Shown: positions 60,745-64,000 of the stretch, piece by piece
How the letters are laid out: each line of letters opens with the position of its first letter
Numbering within the stretch: position 1 is the first letter of the stretch
From: a virus
Lineage: Duplodnaviria; Caudoviricetes
IMG/VR virus record: IMGVR_UViG_3300020577_002599
Coordinates: 1,841-65,840 of that record
DNA length: 64,000 bases
Strand: one strand, 5' to 3'
Program-made: the position numbers and the translations under genes
The notes under the pieces: model-generated
Seen by the model: only the letters and a program-made list of their open reading frames with translations
Told to the model about the DNA's origin: nothing
Database searches by the model: none

Positions 60745-61085
60745 ATGAAAATTATAAAAAAATTAGACAAATTATTTGATAAATATTATTCTAAACAATT
60801 AGAAATACAAGACGCTGAAAATCCTGAATATTATTTATATATGGGAAAAGCAAACGGAATAAAAGAATCTATTGATTTAATTGAAAAAGATAAAAAAAAT
60901 ATTAAAAAACTCTTACAATTTAAAGCAAATGAATATAAACTAAAAAGAGATTTTGCTAAAAAAAATGTGATAATCAAAATAAGTTCGATATTTCTTTTGA
61001 AGCAGAAGTTGAAGATGAAATGTTATTATTAGCTGAAAGGGAATATAGTGTTGTTTTAGATATTTTAAACTATATTTCAAAGTAA
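60745..61085 (+). pseudogene. Cassette 2 gene, apparently frameshifted at A8 (60958-60965)
   Basis: The annotated frame ends at 61032; the -1 frame continues CDNQNKFDISFEAEVEDEMLLLAEREYSVVLDILNYISK* to just before the cassette boundary. Confidence 0.55.
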
Positions 61086-61109
61086 AAAATAAACGTAGCT
61101 ATTAACTAT

Positions 61110-61225
61110 AACGTTTTGCAACTTGGCATCAGTTGCGGATTATGAAAACAGATTTTCATATTTATAACAAAAATAACTTAAAAATTAGTATTAACAAAAT
61201 ACAGCAATTGTGCCAAATTGCTGTT
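61110..61225 (+). repeat. attC-like hairpin 3
   Basis: AAC-GTTTT-GCAACTTGGCATCAGTTGC / GCAATTGTGCCAAATTGC-T-GTT. Confidence 0.85.
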
Positions 61226-61239
61226 ATAAGTAGCTTTTT

Positions 61240-61497
61240 ATGGACACAAAATTAAAATTCGTAAGATTAAAACAATACAATGAAGTAATTATATTTCCTT
61301 GTGTTATTGAACATTCAAAATTTAAACATCTTAATCCTATTTCCGCTGGTTTTTGCTATATTTTAGGCGATGAGCAAAGAGTAACTTGTTTTGGCGAAAG
61401 TTATTCTTTAGGGCTAAAGGCAGACGAAAAACAAGACACTATTGAAGCTACTAAATGGGTGTTTGGAATAGATGCAATGTTAAACGTAATGCGTTAA
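61240..61497 (+). CDS. Cassette 3 gene: conserved phage hypothetical protein
   Basis: IIFP..IEH..ISAGF..CFGESYSL pattern. Confidence 0.7.
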   Translation: MDTKLKFVRLKQYNEVIIFPCVIEHSKFKHLNPISAGFCYILGDEQRVTCFGESYSLGLKADEKQDTIEATKWVFGIDAMLNVMR

Positions 61498-61507
61498 AGT
61501 TACTTAT

Positions 61508-61632
61508 AACGTTCCCACAGCTTTGCGAGGTTGCTGAAAATATAAAACTTCGCTTCGATTTAAAAAGTGCATTGCAAGTACACACTAAACATCAAATTAA
61601 TAAATTACCAGCAATCTTGCAAAACTGGTGTT
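61508..61632 (+). repeat. attC-like hairpin 4
   Basis: AAC-GTTCCCA-CAGCTTTGCGAGGTTGCTG / CAGCAATCTTGCAAAACTG-GT-GTT. Confidence 0.85.
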
Positions 61633-61647
61633 AACAACAGTAATATT

Positions 61648-61968
61648 ATGAAAACAACATTTTGGATTTTATTTACAGTATTTATGGTTATTTATAGTGC
61701 TGAACCAAACATTAAATTTAAACCTTTTTCAATTTCTTTTGAAAGTCCTTACATTCCTTTTGCTTTATTTTTTCTTGTTTTATCAATTTCTTTTTTTGGA
61801 ATACATTATCAAAAAAAAGGAGAAAAACAAGGTAGAATAGAAGGATTAGAAGAATACTATCCAAAAGGATTTAAAGAAGGTTCTGACTTTATTCTTGAAG
61901 AAATAAATAAAAAAATAAAAGAACAAGGAAAAGATTGTACTATTTCAGTTAAACGCAACGATGATTAA
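61648..61968 (+). CDS. Cassette 4 gene: membrane protein
   Basis: Two hydrophobic helices; ATG at 61648. Confidence 0.7.
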   Translation: MKTTFWILFTVFMVIYSAEPNIKFKPFSISFESPYIPFALFFLVLSISFFGIHYQKKGEKQGRIEGLEEYYPKGFKEGSDFILEEINKKIKEQGKDCTISVKRNDD

Positions 61969-61979
61969 TTATTGTTGTT

Positions 61980-62098
61980 AACGTTCCGAGTGCTTGCCGT
62001 TCGGTGGCATTTTGAACACTAAAGATTACAAACACAAAAACACTATCCGAGTGATTTCGGACACAAACCAAGCCTGCCACTCACGGCAAACACTTGTT
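61980..62098 (+). repeat. attC-like hairpin 5
   Basis: AAC-GTTCCG-AGTGCTTGCCGTTCGGTGGCA / TGCCACTCACGGCAAACACT-T-GTT; inner TCCGA/TCGGA hairpin. Confidence 0.85.
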
Positions 62099-62129
62099 AG
62101 TGGCAGTGTTTCTCATAAATTTCAATAAA

Positions 62130-62483
62130 ATGCGGAAAATAGAAGTAAAAATCAGACAAATTATTTGGGCTATCAAACAATCATTTAAGCCCACAACTTA
62201 TGACCTTGTTATTTATCAAGGGAAAGAATATTATATTAAATCAAGCCTTACAGGTGAAAATGTTTGGAATCTTTTTGAAAAAGGAGAAAAAGAACCAACG
62301 TATAGACGTATCAAAGGTCAAGATTTAAAAGTGGTTCAATCAATAAAAAGGTTTACCAATGTTTTTAAAAATCATTTAAAATTCCAAAAACAAAGTTGGG
62401 ACTTAATTGATTGTGGTAATCCGATTGGAACAAGGCTTAGTTACAATAATTCCGAAGACATATATTTTCGGAGGTCGTTCTAA
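62130..62483 (+). CDS. Cassette 5 gene: hypothetical protein
   Basis: ATG at 62130; the stop abuts the closing inverted repeat. Confidence 0.7.
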   Translation: MRKIEVKIRQIIWAIKQSFKPTTYDLVIYQGKEYYIKSSLTGENVWNLFEKGEKEPTYRRIKGQDLKVVQSIKRFTNVFKNHLKFQKQSWDLIDCGNPIGTRLSYNNSEDIYFRRSF

Positions 62484-62542
62484 CATTGCCACTAACTATT
62501 CGCTTGACGAAACAAAACAACACTATAACTAATTGATTTACA

Positions 62543-62776
62543 ATGAAAAACTTTGAGATAGCAACTATAAATTACAGGGTGTATTGGAGATTCAAAGAAC
62601 ACCAAGAATATAAAGTAACAAAATGTAAGAAAATAATAAATTGTAAAAGAGGCGTTTTAATAAAGCAGTCAGTAAAAGGTGGTAGTATTGGGTATTATAT
62701 ATCAGGAAGATTCATAAAAAGAAAAGATTTAAACAATCACATAGAAGCAATACCTAAAGAAAAATGTCCATTCTGA
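62543..62776 (+). CDS. Small basic protein, NUMOD4-like
   Basis: W.FKEHQEYKVT..IIN.KRG..IKQ pattern. Confidence 0.45.
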   Translation: MKNFEIATINYRVYWRFKEHQEYKVTKCKKIINCKRGVLIKQSVKGGSIGYYISGRFIKRKDLNNHIEAIPKEKCPF

Positions 62777-62800
62777 TTTGGTATTCTAAAATAAATACCT

Positions 62801-62808
62801 TACATTTG
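62801..62808 (+). promoter_or_regulatory. -7 promoter box for the SSB/ERF genes
   Basis: TACATTTG followed by C. Confidence 0.65.
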
Positions 62809-62870
62809 CAAAAGGAGTTAGTCGAAAATCCTATAAAGAGTAGACATAATTAAATTTAATTAAATTAAGT

Positions 62871-63191
62871 ATGGCAAGTTTAAACAATTTGTATTTAAAG
62901 TTAGAGACATTAGAGACTCTAGTAAAAAGAATTAAGTCTAAAGGAGAAAATGGCATTAGCATAGACATCTCTATTAATGACGAAGCAAATCAGTACAATC
63001 AAAATGTATCTGCTTATGTAACTCAATCTAAAGACGATAGAGACAACAAGAAGCCTCGCTACTATGTGGGTAATGGTAGAACATTCTGGACTGATGGAAC
63101 TATTACGGCATTCAAGAATGAATCTAATGATAGTGGAAAGAAAGATATGAAGAAAGAGCTAGAACCACAAACAGATGACTTACCCTTCTAA
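62871..63191 (+). CDS. Putative single-stranded DNA-binding protein
   Basis: 106 aa, beta-rich, acidic C-terminal tip TDDLPF; adjacent to ERF. Confidence 0.65.
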   Translation: MASLNNLYLKLETLETLVKRIKSKGENGISIDISINDEANQYNQNVSAYVTQSKDDRDNKKPRYYVGNGRTFWTDGTITAFKNESNDSGKKDMKKELEPQTDDLPF

Positions 63192-63275
63192 CAATCAAGC
63201 ACTTAGATTACTAATAAAAACATTCGATTTAGAGTTTTTCATTGAGTAATAACACTAAAAAAGCACACACAACTA

Positions 63276-63307
63276 CAAGGACTATCTAAAACAAGGTAGT
63301 CCTTTTT
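63276..63307 (+). terminator. Rho-independent terminator
   Basis: AAGGACTA..TAGTCCTT followed by a T run. Confidence 0.7.
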
Positions 63308-63327
63308 AATCTAATTAAAATTAAATT

Positions 63328-63912
63328 ATGGCAACAACAAAGAAAACACAAGAGACGCTAGAAGAGAAATTAAATCTTATTCAAACAACACTTAATGCAC
63401 CAAAGAATCTATACAACTCTTTTGGAAAATACTCTTACAGAAATCTTGAAGGGATATTAGCAGGTGTAAAACCACTATTAAAAGAAACTGGCTGTACATT
63501 TGTATTGTCTGATGATATGGTAGACATAGGAGGCAGAATATATGTAAGAGCTTGTGCTACTATTAGTTACGGAGGAGAGTCAATTGATGCTTATGGTTGG
63601 GCTAGAGAAGAAGAAACTAAGAAAGGTATGGATGCTTCTCAGTTAACTGGTTCTACATCTTCTTATGCTCGTAAATATGCCGCAAATGGTTTATTCGCTA
63701 TTGATGACACGGTTGATGCGGATGGATACAATACTCACGGAAAAGATGAAGTTGTAAAACCTAATAACTCCACAACTCAAACTCCTAAGAAACCAACAAT
63801 AAGCGACTTATCAAAGGTTAAGGATGCACTAAAGAAAGATAGAGATGCAACACTTAAGATGCTTGAGAAGTACGATATTACAGAACAACAAAAGAAAGAG
63901 CTTGGTATTTAA
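63328..63912 (+). CDS. erf: ERF-superfamily single-strand annealing recombinase
   Basis: APKN.YNSFGKYSYR.LE.IL..VKP and Q.TGSTSSYARKYA..GLF.IDD motifs. Confidence 0.9.
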   Translation: MATTKKTQETLEEKLNLIQTTLNAPKNLYNSFGKYSYRNLEGILAGVKPLLKETGCTFVLSDDMVDIGGRIYVRACATISYGGESIDAYGWAREEETKKGMDASQLTGSTSSYARKYAANGLFAIDDTVDADGYNTHGKDEVVKPNNSTTQTPKKPTISDLSKVKDALKKDRDATLKMLEKYDITEQQKKELGI

Positions 63913-63923
63913 TATATTTTTCA

Positions 63924-64000
63924 TATCTTTGCGTTGCATTTGAAATCTCGACAATATAATGCAATAAAAATATTTGCCTTGCGATACGGATAGGAGTCGA
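63924..64000 (+). ncRNA. Promoter plus truncated two-hairpin leader
   Basis: TATCTTTG 63924-63931; hairpin GTTGCATT/AATGCAAT with TCTCGAC in the loop; a second arm followed by GAGTCGA at the window edge. Confidence 0.5.

Noticed and set aside
61567-61647. Extended starts of cassette genes given in the ORF track (61567, 62094) and of 8972, 25106, 41055, 43708, 58863
   Set aside because: Non-ATG or overlapping extensions; downstream ATGs with A-rich contexts fit better.
60061-62496. CRISPR array, REP/BIME repeats or simple terminators
   Set aside because: Units are not identical repeats, the spacers are whole genes, there are no U tracts, and the flanking repeats co-vary per gene.
1-64000. 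Integrase, repressor-based lysogeny module, DNA polymerase, reverse transcriptase/DGR, transposase
   Set aside because: No ORF with the corresponding motifs was seen; they could still lie outside the window.

Overview
The window is a large part (probably most) of one AT-rich tailed dsDNA phage genome in standard genetic code. Its host is most likely a Bacteroidota/Flavobacteriia bacterium, inferred from repeated TAnnTTTG (-7) promoter boxes and A-rich translation starts without Shine-Dalgarno sequences. Layout: structured non-coding cluster with a tRNA-like RNA (90-740); replication initiator with iterons plus primase-helicase (945-3744); accessory micro-genes and nucleases/phosphoesterases (3.7-13.3 kb, +); a minus-strand podovirus-type morphogenesis block (13.3-46 kb: 3111-aa polyvalent ejection protein, core proteins, nozzle, rings, major capsid, scaffold, portal, terminase, tandem GroES-like protein, lysis genes, head-spike module); groEL-groES (46-47.8 kb); small basic and regulatory genes (48-52.7 kb); a probable terminus/leading region (52.7-55 kb); early genes including acidic DNA-mimic candidates (55-60 kb); SSB-like and ERF recombination genes (62.9-63.9 kb). 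No integrase, DNA polymerase, RNA polymerase, reverse transcriptase or CRISPR array was seen. The main finding is a five-unit gene-cassette array at 60.06-62.50 kb. Five 116-128 nt AAC...GTT hairpins each precede one gene. Each gene is bracketed by its own 12-15 bp inverted repeat, with a G.T wobble at position 11 in all five units. This looks like an integron (attC-type) cassette array inverted relative to its genes, carried by a phage with no recombinase in the window. Product calls rest on motifs and synteny recognised by eye; no database search was run, so novelty is unverified.
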